64,000 nt of DNA. Source: an uncultured Gammaproteobacteria bacterium. Lineage in GTDB: Bacteria > Patescibacteriota > Patescibacteriia > JAHIZJ01. The stretch lies in NCBI GenBank assembly GCA_964371245.1, contig CAYJKP010000001.1, positions 443,042-507,041 on the forward strand. Direction: 5' to 3'. Shown piece by piece: positions 18,820 through 28,688 of this stretch; within the stretch, counting starts at the first letter, position 1, and every line of letters begins with the position of its first letter. The translations under genes were made by a program, and so were the position numbers. The notes under the pieces were generated by a model. The model was not told the DNA's origin, ran no database searches, and saw only the letters and a program-made list of their open reading frames with translations.

Positions 18820-20042
18820 TTGGAGAAAATATCTCAAATGCCTTTTTGAGTCTGCGCTCAAGCAAGCTTCGATCATTTTTAACGATGCTCGGGATTATTA
18901 TTGGTGTAGCGCAAATCATCGTATTAATCGGACTCGGGCAGGGGATAAAGAAGGATATCACCAGCGAAATCACGCAGCTGGGCTCAAACGTACTTATTGT
19001 CTTGTCTGGTAAAGTGCAGACCAGCCAAGGCGGTTTTAATCCGGGTGCTTCGGTCGGAGCATCAACACTGACAGAAAATGATTTTACAGATTTAAAAAAA
19101 CTACCCGATATTATCGACGCTACCAGAATCGGATTGCTCTCCGCGGTGCCGACAGCTGACGGAAAACAGGCGGATGGCGCCATGATTATGGCGGCTGATC
19201 CAAGTTTTTTTCAATATACAAATACGTACCAAATTGTTTCTGGTCGATTTTTCAACGAGGCCGAGAACCAACAGAGCAAAAAGGTCATCGTGATCGGGAA
19301 CTACACGCGTGAACTGCTTTTTCCTGGCGTCGATCCAACAGCTGTAATCGGTCGGACCGTGTCGATAAGCAAAGAAAACTTTACGATCGTCGGCGTCTTT
19401 GAAATGGCCCAACAATCGTCATTTTTTGGAAATGGCAGCACCCAAATCGGCGTGGTAATTGTTCCATATTCCACAGCAAAAAGCGTAAACCCAAACACAC
19501 AGATATTCCGCATCGGTCTGAAAGCGAGTGACAATGCTGATGTGAAGGTAGTGGCACAAAATGTTCAAAATACATTGAATGAGCTCCATGGCGCAAATGA
19601 TACGACTGTCTTTACGCAGGAAGACCTATTAAAAGTGGTTGATAATATCCTGGGCTTGATTACGAAAGCAATCGTCGGATTGGCTTCGATATCCCTGCTG
19701 GTTGGTGGAATTGGTATCATGAATATTATGCTGGTGGCGGTTATGGAACGAACGCGAGAGATCGGCTTGCGAAAAGCGGTCGGTGCAACCGGTGGGAATA
19801 TCCTGCTGCAGTTTTTAACTGAGTCAGTTGTTCTCTCACTGTTCGGCGGCGCGATCGGCGTTGCCATCGCAACGGTCGCGAGCGTTATTGTGAAAAAGCA
19901 GTTTGATTTAACGATCATTGTTGACTCGCAATCGATTATTATCGCCATGGGATTTGCGCTCGCCGTTGGTGTCATCTTCGGTTTAGCCCCAGCTGCAAAA
20001 GCCGCTCTAAAAAATCCGATTGAAGCACTCCGGTACGAATAA
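18816..20042 (+). CDS. ABC transporter permease (MacB/FtsX family)
   Basis: Motifs RSFLTMLGIIIGV, GGIGIMNIML...ERTREIGLRKAVGA, PIEALRYE. Confidence 0.95.
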   Translation: MIGENISNAFLSLRSSKLRSFLTMLGIIIGVAQIIVLIGLGQGIKKDITSEITQLGSNVLIVLSGKVQTSQGGFNPGASVGASTLTENDFTDLKKLPDIIDATRIGLLSAVPTADGKQADGAMIMAADPSFFQYTNTYQIVSGRFFNEAENQQSKKVIVIGNYTRELLFPGVDPTAVIGRTVSISKENFTIVGVFEMAQQSSFFGNGSTQIGVVIVPYSTAKSVNPNTQIFRIGLKASDNADVKVVAQNVQNTLNELHGANDTTVFTQEDLLKVVDNILGLITKAIVGLASISLLVGGIGIMNIMLVAVMERTREIGLRKAVGATGGNILLQFLTESVVLSLFGGAIGVAIATVASVIVKKQFDLTIIVDSQSIIIAMGFALAVGVIFGLAPAAKAALKNPIEALRYE

Positions 20043-20052
20043 TTGATTGTTT

Positions 20053-21540
20053 ATGTCGCTTTCTGACTACACAAAATATCGATTCTTAGAAATGATCCCC
20101 GGGGCACTTACCTGGGGAACGTTTGTTGGCATTATTATCCTGACATTAGTGCGTCCAATCATCGCTGTTTATTTTATTGTCATTTTTGATTTGTATTGGC
20201 TGATCCGAGTAGTCTATCTCATTATCTATATCGTCCTGTCATTTAAGCAATATCATAAAGATTCAAAGATCGACTGGCGTGAGCGTTGCCAAAAAATACC
20301 GGGCTGGGAAAAGATCTATCACTGTATTTTTATGCCGACATACAAAGAGCCACTTGACGTCCTCCGGATGAGTTTTGCCAGTCTGGCAAATGTTAACTTC
20401 CCGAAAGAGCGAATGATTATTGTTTTCTGTTTGGAAGAAGGTGACAAGGAAAACGCCTTGAGAAACGCGGAAGTGCTCCGCCGGGAGTTTGGCGATACGT
20501 TCTATAAATTTATTGTGACGCTTCATCCAAAGGGTTTACCAGGCGAAGTTCCGGGTAAAGGGTCGAACACCGCCTGGGCGGCGCAGGAAGCGAAAAAAGT
20601 AATCGACCAAGAAAAAATACCGTATGAAAATATTATTGTCTCGTCGTTTGACGTCGATTCCTGCGCTCATCCCCAATATTTTAGTTACGTTACCTATCAT
20701 TATTTAACCTCGGAAAATCCAACTCGGCAGAGCTACCAACCAGTACCGTTATTTAATAACAACATCTGGGAAGTACCGGCGATCATGCGTGTCGTCTCGA
20801 ATAGTACGACCTTTTGGCTGATGAGCGAACAGCTGCGCCCGGAACGGCTCTTCACGTTTTCTTCGCACAGCATGAGCTTTAAGGCGCTGGCCGATGTCGG
20901 TTTTTGGCAGAACGATATTGTGACTGAAGATTCACGGATTTTTTTGCAATGTCTTTTATATTACGACGGCGATTACCGTGTAAAATCGATGCACATCCCG
21001 ATCTCAATGGACGCAGTGGCCGGTAAAAATATCTGGCATGGTTTTGTGAATTTATACAAACAACAGCGGCGCTGGGCGTGGGGGGTAGAGCATTTTCCTT
21101 ACCTAATCTGGAACTTCTCTCGGAATAAAAAAATAGCCTTCATGACAAAGCTGCGGTATCTTTGGAATTTGACTGAGGGTATGTATTCGTGGGCGACCGC
21201 CCCGATTATTATCTTTATTTTAGGTAATTTCCCATTTCGGATGCCTGATTGGGAAGTGCGGAACAGCGTGATCAGTCAAAATGCGCCGCACGTCTTACAA
21301 ATATTAATGTCTGCCGCCATGATCGGCCTGCTTGTAAGCGCGATGATGAGCGTCTATTTCTTGCCTGATAAAAGCAAGCGCTTTCGAGGCCCACGAATCT
21401 TAATTATGTTGCTGCAGTGGGCGCTATTTCCAATCTGCATGATCGCTTTTGGATCCGCTCCGGCAACCGAAGCGCAAACGCGCCTCATGCTCGGTAAATA
21501 CCTTGGTTTCCGGGTAACGGAGAAAATGAGGAAGAAATAG
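20053..21540 (+). CDS. Membrane-embedded processive-type glycosyltransferase family 2
   Basis: PTYKE, DVD (DxD), TED and QQRRW (QxxRW) motifs with flanking TM helices. Confidence 0.85.
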   Translation: MSLSDYTKYRFLEMIPGALTWGTFVGIIILTLVRPIIAVYFIVIFDLYWLIRVVYLIIYIVLSFKQYHKDSKIDWRERCQKIPGWEKIYHCIFMPTYKEPLDVLRMSFASLANVNFPKERMIIVFCLEEGDKENALRNAEVLRREFGDTFYKFIVTLHPKGLPGEVPGKGSNTAWAAQEAKKVIDQEKIPYENIIVSSFDVDSCAHPQYFSYVTYHYLTSENPTRQSYQPVPLFNNNIWEVPAIMRVVSNSTTFWLMSEQLRPERLFTFSSHSMSFKALADVGFWQNDIVTEDSRIFLQCLLYYDGDYRVKSMHIPISMDAVAGKNIWHGFVNLYKQQRRWAWGVEHFPYLIWNFSRNKKIAFMTKLRYLWNLTEGMYSWATAPIIIFILGNFPFRMPDWEVRNSVISQNAPHVLQILMSAAMIGLLVSAMMSVYFLPDKSKRFRGPRILIMLLQWALFPICMIAFGSAPATEAQTRLMLGKYLGFRVTEKMRKK

Positions 21541-21543
21541 ATA

Positions 21544-22500
21544 TTATTTTCCGATATATCCTTTTAAGAAATCTGGGTGACCGCGTAGAAATGCCTCGAT
21601 TGAGGTTTCTTTTTTTGATTCCAGCCGCACTTTCTGGAGCATCAGGATATTTCCTTCTTGGCCGCCACCAGTCACGATTCCGGCCCGGCTTCCTTGGTCC
21701 GTCAGCATGCCCGGGGGTAATGAGGTCATCAACGGTGAATGTTCGGCTTCAATGATATCAAGTTTTTTTCCGTTCCAATACGTATAGGCGCCCGGCCACG
21801 GCTGATAGGCGCGGATTTTCCGTTCAATGATGGACGCTGATTGATGCCAGTCGATCAAACCGTCTGCTTTTGATAGTATCTTCGTATTTGAGGCGTCAGA
21901 CGCATGCTGAGGTATTGGTTTTATCGAACCAGCGACATAATCATTCAGGACTTGAAACAAAAATTCTGGACCGCGGCTCATGATTTTCTGTGTCAGAGAA
22001 GACGCGGTCTCATTTTTATCAAGCGCAATTTTGATAGCCTGTAATATCGGGCCTGTGTCAATCCCAGCATCCATTTTCATGATCGTGATGCCCGTTTCAG
22101 CGTCGCCCTCCAAAATAGGCGCTGGGATAGGACTGGGACCACGATATTTTGGTAATAGGGAAGGGTGGACGTTTATCGAGCCTAGCCGTGGCAGGCCAAG
22201 GATTTTTTTCGGAATGATCAAGCCATAGGCAACAACAATAAATAGATCAGGTTTCAATTCCGATAGCGCTGTAACTGATTCAGCCTTTCGTAATGAGTCA
22301 AATGTAAAAACTGTTAGCGATAGCTTCCGAGCCGCGACATTGATTGGCGTCGGCTGGAGTGCTTGGTGCCGTCCTTGCGGTTTGTCGGGTTGCGTGACAA
22401 CGCCGACGATACGAATATTTTTTTCATTCAGGAATTCTAAAAAAGGAACTGCCAATTCCGGGGTACCGAAAAATACGCATCGGGTATTCTCTAGCGTCAT
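21544..22500 (-). CDS. fmt: Methionyl-tRNA formyltransferase
   Basis: Motifs FFGTPELA, VVTQPD, NVHPSLLPKYRGPSPI. Confidence 0.96.
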   Translation of the reverse strand: MTLENTRCVFFGTPELAVPFLEFLNEKNIRIVGVVTQPDKPQGRHQALQPTPINVAARKLSLTVFTFDSLRKAESVTALSELKPDLFIVVAYGLIIPKKILGLPRLGSINVHPSLLPKYRGPSPIPAPILEGDAETGITIMKMDAGIDTGPILQAIKIALDKNETASSLTQKIMSRGPEFLFQVLNDYVAGSIKPIPQHASDASNTKILSKADGLIDWHQSASIIERKIRAYQPWPGAYTYWNGKKLDIIEAEHSPLMTSLPPGMLTDQGSRAGIVTGGGQEGNILMLQKVRLESKKETSIEAFLRGHPDFLKGYIGK

Positions 22501-22973
22501 GTTTTTTTATGATTGCTTACCGTCTTGGTGTATTTTTTGGTCCGGTCGATGAATAACACGCCATTTAAATGGTCCACTTCATGCTGGATCACGCGGGCGA
22601 ACATTCCTTCGGCCCTCAGTTTTTGCCTTGTGCCACGCGTGTCAAAAAATGAAACCCATAACGACCGGCTGCGACGAACCAGTCCAAAAACTCCGGGGAC
22701 ACTCAAACACCCCTCTTCGGCCTCGACTTGCCGCCATGATTTCCGTGATACGGTTGGGTTAATCATTACCAGCGGTCCGCTCTTGACGCCTATAACAACG
22801 AGACGGATATTTTTGCCTACCTGAGGCGCGGCAATACCAACGCCATCCGATTGATACATCGTTTCAGTCAGCTCTTTGGTAAAGTCGCGTAATTTTGAAT
22901 CACTCGGATCAGTAATAGTAACTGATTTTTGACGGAGACGATTATCGCCCAGAGTGATTATTTTCAGACCCAT
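22497..22973 (-). CDS. def: Peptide deformylase
   Basis: Motifs GVGIAAPQ, EGCLS, QHEVDHLNG. Confidence 0.97.
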   Translation of the reverse strand: MGLKIITLGDNRLRQKSVTITDPSDSKLRDFTKELTETMYQSDGVGIAAPQVGKNIRLVVIGVKSGPLVMINPTVSRKSWRQVEAEEGCLSVPGVFGLVRRSRSLWVSFFDTRGTRQKLRAEGMFARVIQHEVDHLNGVLFIDRTKKYTKTVSNHKKT

Positions 22974-22975
22974 AC

Positions 22976-24856
22976 TTATGATAAGAGGTTTAGCGGATTA
23001 ATATCGACAAGCCAGTCGTCAGTTGTTAATGATATCAAAGATCTGACGGTTGGCCAATCCTTAGGTAAAAATTTAATAATTAACTGCCAGGAATACTGGC
23101 CACGAATCTTTTCGATAAATGACGGACCGGGTTGCACAATGTCAATTGATGGCGGCAGGTTATCTTCTTCAAAAATTTGTCGGTAGAACGAATCCGCCTG
23201 GTCGGAAATCGTTTGCTTTTTCTTCCCCTTGATAAACAAGCGAACGAGCTCCGCTGCGGGTGGATAGCGGTACTCGGCTCGCTGTTGGTACTCACTTTTA
23301 TAAAATAGCTCTGAATCTTGTGTGACCGCGGAACGAATTGCATAATGGTCGGGGAACGATGTTTGAACCATGACCTCGCACCCATGCTCAGCCGCGTATT
23401 GAGTAATAAATGAAAGTTGGCGGTACGTTGATTCTGGAGCGGAAAAATCAGGCAAACGGAGGATCGTATCAGCGGAAATGACGATAATACCGTGAACGGT
23501 CTGGAGAATCACTGGATCGAGCGCGCGCTGTGCGCCGATAATAATATCAGTGTTCGCTGGAACCGAAAGCGAATGCGCGTCAGTGATCACGTGGGTTTTT
23601 GCTGCCGGAAATGAGGCGCTGATTTCAGAGGCAATTTTTTGCATGCCGGCGCCGCGTTGTTTTAATTGAACGCCATGGCAAACTGGACACGTTAATGGCA
23701 AGTCGCTGGTATACCCGCAGAGCGTGCAATGAAGCTGCTGATGTCCTTTCGAAACCTTTTCGATGATGAGGTTTTTCTGGCAGCGCGGGCAGGGAAATGG
23801 ATTATGACAATCAAGGCATTGGAAAGAGCGCGCTTCGCCGAGCTTATTATGAAATAGCAGCACGCGCTGTTTCTTCTGAAGCGCTTGAAATATATAGGCG
23901 CGCATTTTCGCGCTTATTAAGGTGTAATTGCCAAGCCGTTTTTCTTCATTCAAATCAACGATCACTGGTGTTATCGCGGGCAATTTTTTCCGCTGGTCGA
24001 TGAAATCAAGGGTATGTTTTTCAACCTGATGCATGGTGGTTGTCCGCGGGGCGCGGCTTGTCATAAGGACGGTGGCCTTAGTAAAACGGGCGATTAATCG
24101 AGCGACGTCCTCGGAATGATAGCGGGGGTTCATTTCAGCCTGTCGGTGATTTTGATTGTCCTCCTCGTCAATGATAATCAAGCGGACAGACGACTGGGGC
24201 GTAAACAAAGCGGTCCGCGTCCCGATTGTTAGACCGAATGAACGCTCGGCTTGATTTTTATATTGCGACCAGTAGAGAGAGGGTGGAAGTTGCCGGTGAA
24301 ACACGATCGGCTGATATTGTTTCAGGCGTCGTTCCCAATCGCGTACCCGTGATATTTCCGGAGCAATAATCAAAACGCCTTGTTCATTTTCTAAATAGGT
24401 TTTGACGACGGAGTGGATATAGTCTGACTTGCTATGATCCGTATTGTACAAGAGCAAACTGTCTTTTTTCAGGGCTGGAGAAAAATCGTGATTATGGTTC
24501 GCCAGCGGTTTTTGATCGGGCGTGATTTGAAAAAGTGTCCGGCGGGGGAGTGTTTGCAGGATTGAATTTACGACAGTCGCTGGCGAGACAAAGAATTTTC
24601 GTGCGAATTCATGGATGAGCGCCAATTGCTGCTGACGCAAGGAAATACCGGGGTAGACGCTTGTTATTGTTTTTATTGCGCCAGTTTTTTTTCGAGGCGA
24701 TTGCGATATTTCATCGATCACGCCAAATACCTTTCGGTTACGAAAGGGGATGATGACAATATCGCCAGGCTGGCAACCTAAGGTATCAGGAATACGATAG
24801 TCAAAGCTCGACAGCGTTCTGGGCATCCGTAGGCTCGGTATTACGTAAGCGTACAT
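22976..24856 (-). CDS. priA: Primosomal protein N' (PriA), with degenerate Walker A
   Basis: N-terminal FDY..P....GD.V.IPF, IGTRTALF, four CxxC pairs, LPDF, YPP. Sits upstream of def-fmt. Confidence 0.85.
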   Translation of the reverse strand: MYAYVIPSLRMPRTLSSFDYRIPDTLGCQPGDIVIIPFRNRKVFGVIDEISQSPRKKTGAIKTITSVYPGISLRQQQLALIHEFARKFFVSPATVVNSILQTLPRRTLFQITPDQKPLANHNHDFSPALKKDSLLLYNTDHSKSDYIHSVVKTYLENEQGVLIIAPEISRVRDWERRLKQYQPIVFHRQLPPSLYWSQYKNQAERSFGLTIGTRTALFTPQSSVRLIIIDEEDNQNHRQAEMNPRYHSEDVARLIARFTKATVLMTSRAPRTTTMHQVEKHTLDFIDQRKKLPAITPVIVDLNEEKRLGNYTLISAKMRAYIFQALQKKQRVLLFHNKLGEARSFQCLDCHNPFPCPRCQKNLIIEKVSKGHQQLHCTLCGYTSDLPLTCPVCHGVQLKQRGAGMQKIASEISASFPAAKTHVITDAHSLSVPANTDIIIGAQRALDPVILQTVHGIIVISADTILRLPDFSAPESTYRQLSFITQYAAEHGCEVMVQTSFPDHYAIRSAVTQDSELFYKSEYQQRAEYRYPPAAELVRLFIKGKKKQTISDQADSFYRQIFEEDNLPPSIDIVQPGPSFIEKIRGQYSWQLIIKFLPKDWPTVRSLISLTTDDWLVDINPLNLLS

Positions 24857-24857
24857 A

Positions 24858-25370
24858 TTATTCAGAAAATCTTGAAACGGTAAATCTTTGGAGAGTATAT
24901 TTGTCCTTTGTTACATCGATGCCGGCTTTCGAAGCGGCAATGGAAACTTGTTCATCAACCGTGTTAACCCCCTCTATATCCGGCAACAAAACACCCCGGC
25001 GCTGATGCGATTGGACGATGACTCCATATTTGCGCGGATTCAGAGATTCACGTGTCGTTGGCTCAGGGGTATTCAAACGATCAACTTTTATGTCAGTCTC
25101 AGATAGTTCGGAAAGCTCCATTGGTTTAAAGCGCGGATCGCGAGTGGCCGCGGCAATGGCGTTAGCGATAATTTCTTCAGCCACGCAATTTGTTGTTGGT
25201 TCAAGCGTGCCAATACAGCCGCGCAATTCACCGTTTTTATGGAGCGATACGAATACGGCCGCTCTTTCGCGACGCAGCTCCATTGGTGCGCCCTTTGGAG
25301 ATTCAAGTATCGCGCCTGACTTCAAAAATGATTGTATGGCGTGACGGGCGAGAGAAACGTAAAAGTTCAT
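24858..25370 (-). CDS. amrA: AmmeMemoRadiSam system protein A (AMMECR1 family)
   Basis: Motifs FVSL....LRGCIG, AA.RDPRF, GVLLP, KAG. Confidence 0.93.
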   Translation of the reverse strand: MNFYVSLARHAIQSFLKSGAILESPKGAPMELRRERAAVFVSLHKNGELRGCIGTLEPTTNCVAEEIIANAIAAATRDPRFKPMELSELSETDIKVDRLNTPEPTTRESLNPRKYGVIVQSHQRRGVLLPDIEGVNTVDEQVSIAASKAGIDVTKDKYTLQRFTVSRFSE

Positions 25371-26164
25371 GAGATTGGAAAGTGAATAACCGCATAACCG
25401 ACGCCAAACGGACCTTCGTATGAAAGAATGTTCGGTTGAGCTGGTTCAGATTCAAGCGCGCCCATCAGGATGCACAGCGATCGGTACCCGCATTCGCCGG
25501 CGGCATCAATAAAGTCCGGATCAAGCGACGCAATTGCCTCATACTTGCGTCGTCCAATAAGCTCAATGATTTTTTGGTCAAATTCTTTTCCGTGCGGAGA
25601 GAATCCGGCTGGCGCACCTTTGAAAAGACGGTGCGATAAATCACCTGACGCGATGAGGGCAATTCGTTTTGTTGATTTCTGACAATATTCTCGCAAACAG
25701 CGACCAAATTCAAGATGTTGTTCGATTGAGCAAAATGAATAACTTAGCGGTATAAGTTGCGCCGGCTTTGAACCACTTTCAAGAAACGATAATGGTACGA
25801 GGATACCATGATCAAGCTCTGGCTCTTTATAGAGATTAACGGGGATGTTCTTATCTGCTACCGAAGCATATAATTCAGCGCATTCGTTTGGCGAACCAGC
25901 ATATTCCTGGCGAATTTCATCATGGCCGAATGGAGCAAAAGAACCGTGAAATTTATCCGCTGAATTTATCAGAAAATAATCCGGCCAGAGTTGGCTGTGC
26001 GGAGAAATTATTATCGTGATTTCTGGTTTGGCGTTGCGATACAAAACAGCCAAGCGTGACATCGCCTGGCGTGTTTTCGCAACCAGCGTGAGATCGTTTG
26101 GCTGACCGATGCCGGCGACAATAATCGGCGGATGCGGAACAAAACCAGCAAAGACGAGTGCCAT
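25367..26164 (-). CDS. amrB: AmmeMemoRadiSam system protein B (MEMO1/LigB-like)
   Basis: Motifs VPHPP, ISPH, LDHG, IASGDLSH, CG, YEGPFGVGY. Confidence 0.9.
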   Translation of the reverse strand: MALVFAGFVPHPPIIVAGIGQPNDLTLVAKTRQAMSRLAVLYRNAKPEITIIISPHSQLWPDYFLINSADKFHGSFAPFGHDEIRQEYAGSPNECAELYASVADKNIPVNLYKEPELDHGILVPLSFLESGSKPAQLIPLSYSFCSIEQHLEFGRCLREYCQKSTKRIALIASGDLSHRLFKGAPAGFSPHGKEFDQKIIELIGRRKYEAIASLDPDFIDAAGECGYRSLCILMGALESEPAQPNILSYEGPFGVGYAVIHFPIS

Positions 26165-26168
26165 GAGT

Positions 26169-27590
26169 CTAGGGGTTTAAGGCCCGACTACTCGGATGGA
26201 TGCGCACGGCGAAATCAGTGGTGGTCACAATGTTATCCCACTTATAGCCAAGCTGATTGAATACGTCAGCCGAGGCAATGCGTTTTCTTTTGCCGTTTGA
26301 AACTACAAAAACCGCGTGCGATTCGGGCGAAGTGATCAGCGTGCCGTCTTTGAATCGGAGCGGCTCGCCCGGCTGATACTGCTGGATTTCAGAATCGTCA
26401 ACCCTGATCAAGTTCGGTTTGGGGAAATTAGACAGGAGTATTTCTCTTGAAACAATGCCGTGGCGCGTGCCGTTTTTAACATAGGATACCGCGCCAGTTT
26501 TTTTTGATTGCAGCAGGACGCCAGTTGGATAGACGCTGTTCATGGAGATGGAATAGCCCGTCGGATAGCTTTTCAGATCTCCGGATTCGACTGGAATAAC
26601 TTCTTCCGGATTATATCCAATTTTTCGGAAAACCGATTCTGATTCGATGAGATGTTTCTCATTAAACGCGATTAAATACGTTTTTTCATCCGGTCCTTGC
26701 AGCAGACTATATTCTGGGAACTTGATTGGCGGCCCGTCTTCATAGGCATCAATATCGTTCTGAGAGACCGTCAGGATGTTCCTTGGGTTATAGTTGGCCA
26801 GGAATGCAGATTTGGACCAAAAGGCCCGCTTACGCCCGTTTTTAATCAAATAGACGGCTGGCTGACCGGCTACCTGGAGCAAGCTGCCGTCCGGATAGAC
26901 TTTTCCGAACCAGTCCGTCCATTTCTTCCAGACCAGCGAACTGCCACCCCAGCGCAGATCGCCACCGCCGTATTTTCCGACCCAGGGCGTATACGTATAA
27001 AGCGCTGCGGTAGCGGCGTTCTCTGGCGTAACGGCGATTCCATCCAATGTGTTTTTCGTGATAAACGGACCCCAGCCGCTGATCGTTCGACCGAGTTTTC
27101 GTATCCGCGTGATATACCCTTTGGGATTTCCATAGCTGTCTAGCTCCGCATTGAGAAATATTTTTGCCGCCCACATCACTTGAATAGAAAAACCTTTATA
27201 TGTACTTGAACAGCCGGTGCCGTCCGGGCAGCCGAAGCCGGCCGCGTAATCAATTTGGTTTTGAGTCGGAGTTGAATCAGAAATTAATCCTTGCTCGACT
27301 TCAAGGCGCACGAGCAGATACTTCGGATTAATTTTATACATCTGGGCAACATCGTAAATAATTTGAGCGGCCGACTTATTTACCCCAAAGACGGAAGTGG
27401 CATAGGTGTCGAGAACGCCAGTTTTTGACTCGAGGAACTTTTGAATCCTGTCTTTTGACATTGACTGGTAATTCAAGAGGTCCTCATCGGACAAGAGGTT
27501 ATTTGGATGACAAACGGCAGCCAGTAACGGAGCTGGCATAATAAAGTTTAGGATGACGAGAGAAACAATGAATCGTTTTATGAAGGTCAT
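26169..27590 (-). CDS. Secreted protein: putative lysozyme-like N-terminal domain plus four ~60-aa C-terminal repeats
   Basis: Signal peptide; INPKYLLVRLEVEQGLI, GFGCPD, AATAALYTYTP; repeats begin YPDGSLL, FPEYSLL, YPTGVLL, FKDGTLI. Confidence 0.65.
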   Translation of the reverse strand: MTFIKRFIVSLVILNFIMPAPLLAAVCHPNNLLSDEDLLNYQSMSKDRIQKFLESKTGVLDTYATSVFGVNKSAAQIIYDVAQMYKINPKYLLVRLEVEQGLISDSTPTQNQIDYAAGFGCPDGTGCSSTYKGFSIQVMWAAKIFLNAELDSYGNPKGYITRIRKLGRTISGWGPFITKNTLDGIAVTPENAATAALYTYTPWVGKYGGGDLRWGGSSLVWKKWTDWFGKVYPDGSLLQVAGQPAVYLIKNGRKRAFWSKSAFLANYNPRNILTVSQNDIDAYEDGPPIKFPEYSLLQGPDEKTYLIAFNEKHLIESESVFRKIGYNPEEVIPVESGDLKSYPTGYSISMNSVYPTGVLLQSKKTGAVSYVKNGTRHGIVSREILLSNFPKPNLIRVDDSEIQQYQPGEPLRFKDGTLITSPESHAVFVVSNGKRKRIASADVFNQLGYKWDNIVTTTDFAVRIHPSSRALNP

Positions 27591-28607
27591 TTATTGTTGA
27601 ATAATATTTATGTTCATCTTACATTTTGGGCATAGGCCGTTTTTGTCATGTCGGGTAACGCGGTAGCCGTCGCGCTGGATGGCGATTTCGCCGCACTTCG
27701 GGCAATAGGTGTGTTCACTTTTATGGCCCGGGATATTTCCGATATAGACATAGCGCAGTCCGTTCTTCCGTCCGACGTCAATTGCGTGCTCAAGCGTCTC
27801 AACCGGAGTCTCGACGCCGTCAGTCAGGCGATATGAGATATCGGGATCAAAACGCGACAGATGCCAGGGCGTTTCCGGTCCAGCTTTTTTCGCAAGGAAT
27901 TTTGAAATACCGTCAAATGTACTCTGACTGTCGCTTAAGCCCGGTATGACCAGTGTCGTTACTTCTACCCAGCAACCGATCTTTTTGAAACGGACAATGT
28001 TATCGAGAACCGGCTGGAGATGACAACCGCAATTTTTCAAATAGGTTTCATCGTCAAAAAACTTCAGATCGATGTTTATCGCGTCGAGATACGGCTGAAT
28101 CAGTTCAACCGTTTGCTCGCTCATGTAGCCATTTGAAACCCAGATATTTTTCAAGCCGGCCGAGCGAGCCAATTTCATGGTCTCAAGCGCGTATTCGAGA
28201 AAGATGGTCGGCTCAGTATAGGTGTAGGCGATGCTTTGGCAATTGCGTGCAACCGCATGGTCAACGATCGCTTCGGGGGAGAGGTCGTGCCCAGAAATGG
28301 TTTTGCCGCCCTTGGAACCTTGCGAAATATCCCAATTTTGGCAATTATCGCAACGGAGATTACAGCCTAACGTTGCGATGGAAAGTCCAGTAGATCCTGG
28401 AAAAAAATGAAAAAATGGCTTTTTCTCAATTGGATCGACAGCCTCAGCGATGGCCTTACGGTAGTTTAGCGCAAAAAGAGTGCCGCCAATGTTTTCTCTG
28501 ACCGCACAAATGCCGCGACTACCCGTGTTTATTCGACAGTTGTGCGCGCAAACATGACATCGGACACTATTATTTTCTAGCTTTGAATACAAAAGTGCTT
28601 CTTTCAT
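27591..28607 (-). CDS. amrS: AmmeMemoRadiSam system radical SAM enzyme
   Basis: C.VCAHNC...C N-terminal cluster, DPIEKKP, radical SAM CNLRCDNCQN, YTYTEP, C-terminal CPKC...CPKC. Confidence 0.95.
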   Translation of the reverse strand: MKEALLYSKLENNSVRCHVCAHNCRINTGSRGICAVRENIGGTLFALNYRKAIAEAVDPIEKKPFFHFFPGSTGLSIATLGCNLRCDNCQNWDISQGSKGGKTISGHDLSPEAIVDHAVARNCQSIAYTYTEPTIFLEYALETMKLARSAGLKNIWVSNGYMSEQTVELIQPYLDAINIDLKFFDDETYLKNCGCHLQPVLDNIVRFKKIGCWVEVTTLVIPGLSDSQSTFDGISKFLAKKAGPETPWHLSRFDPDISYRLTDGVETPVETLEHAIDVGRKNGLRYVYIGNIPGHKSEHTYCPKCGEIAIQRDGYRVTRHDKNGLCPKCKMNINIIQQ

Positions 28608-28688
28608 TCGCATTAAAGTATACCTGATTATATGGTATAATTCAAGATGAAAAGGACAGTTTTTTATTAATATGTCAAGTTACTATTT

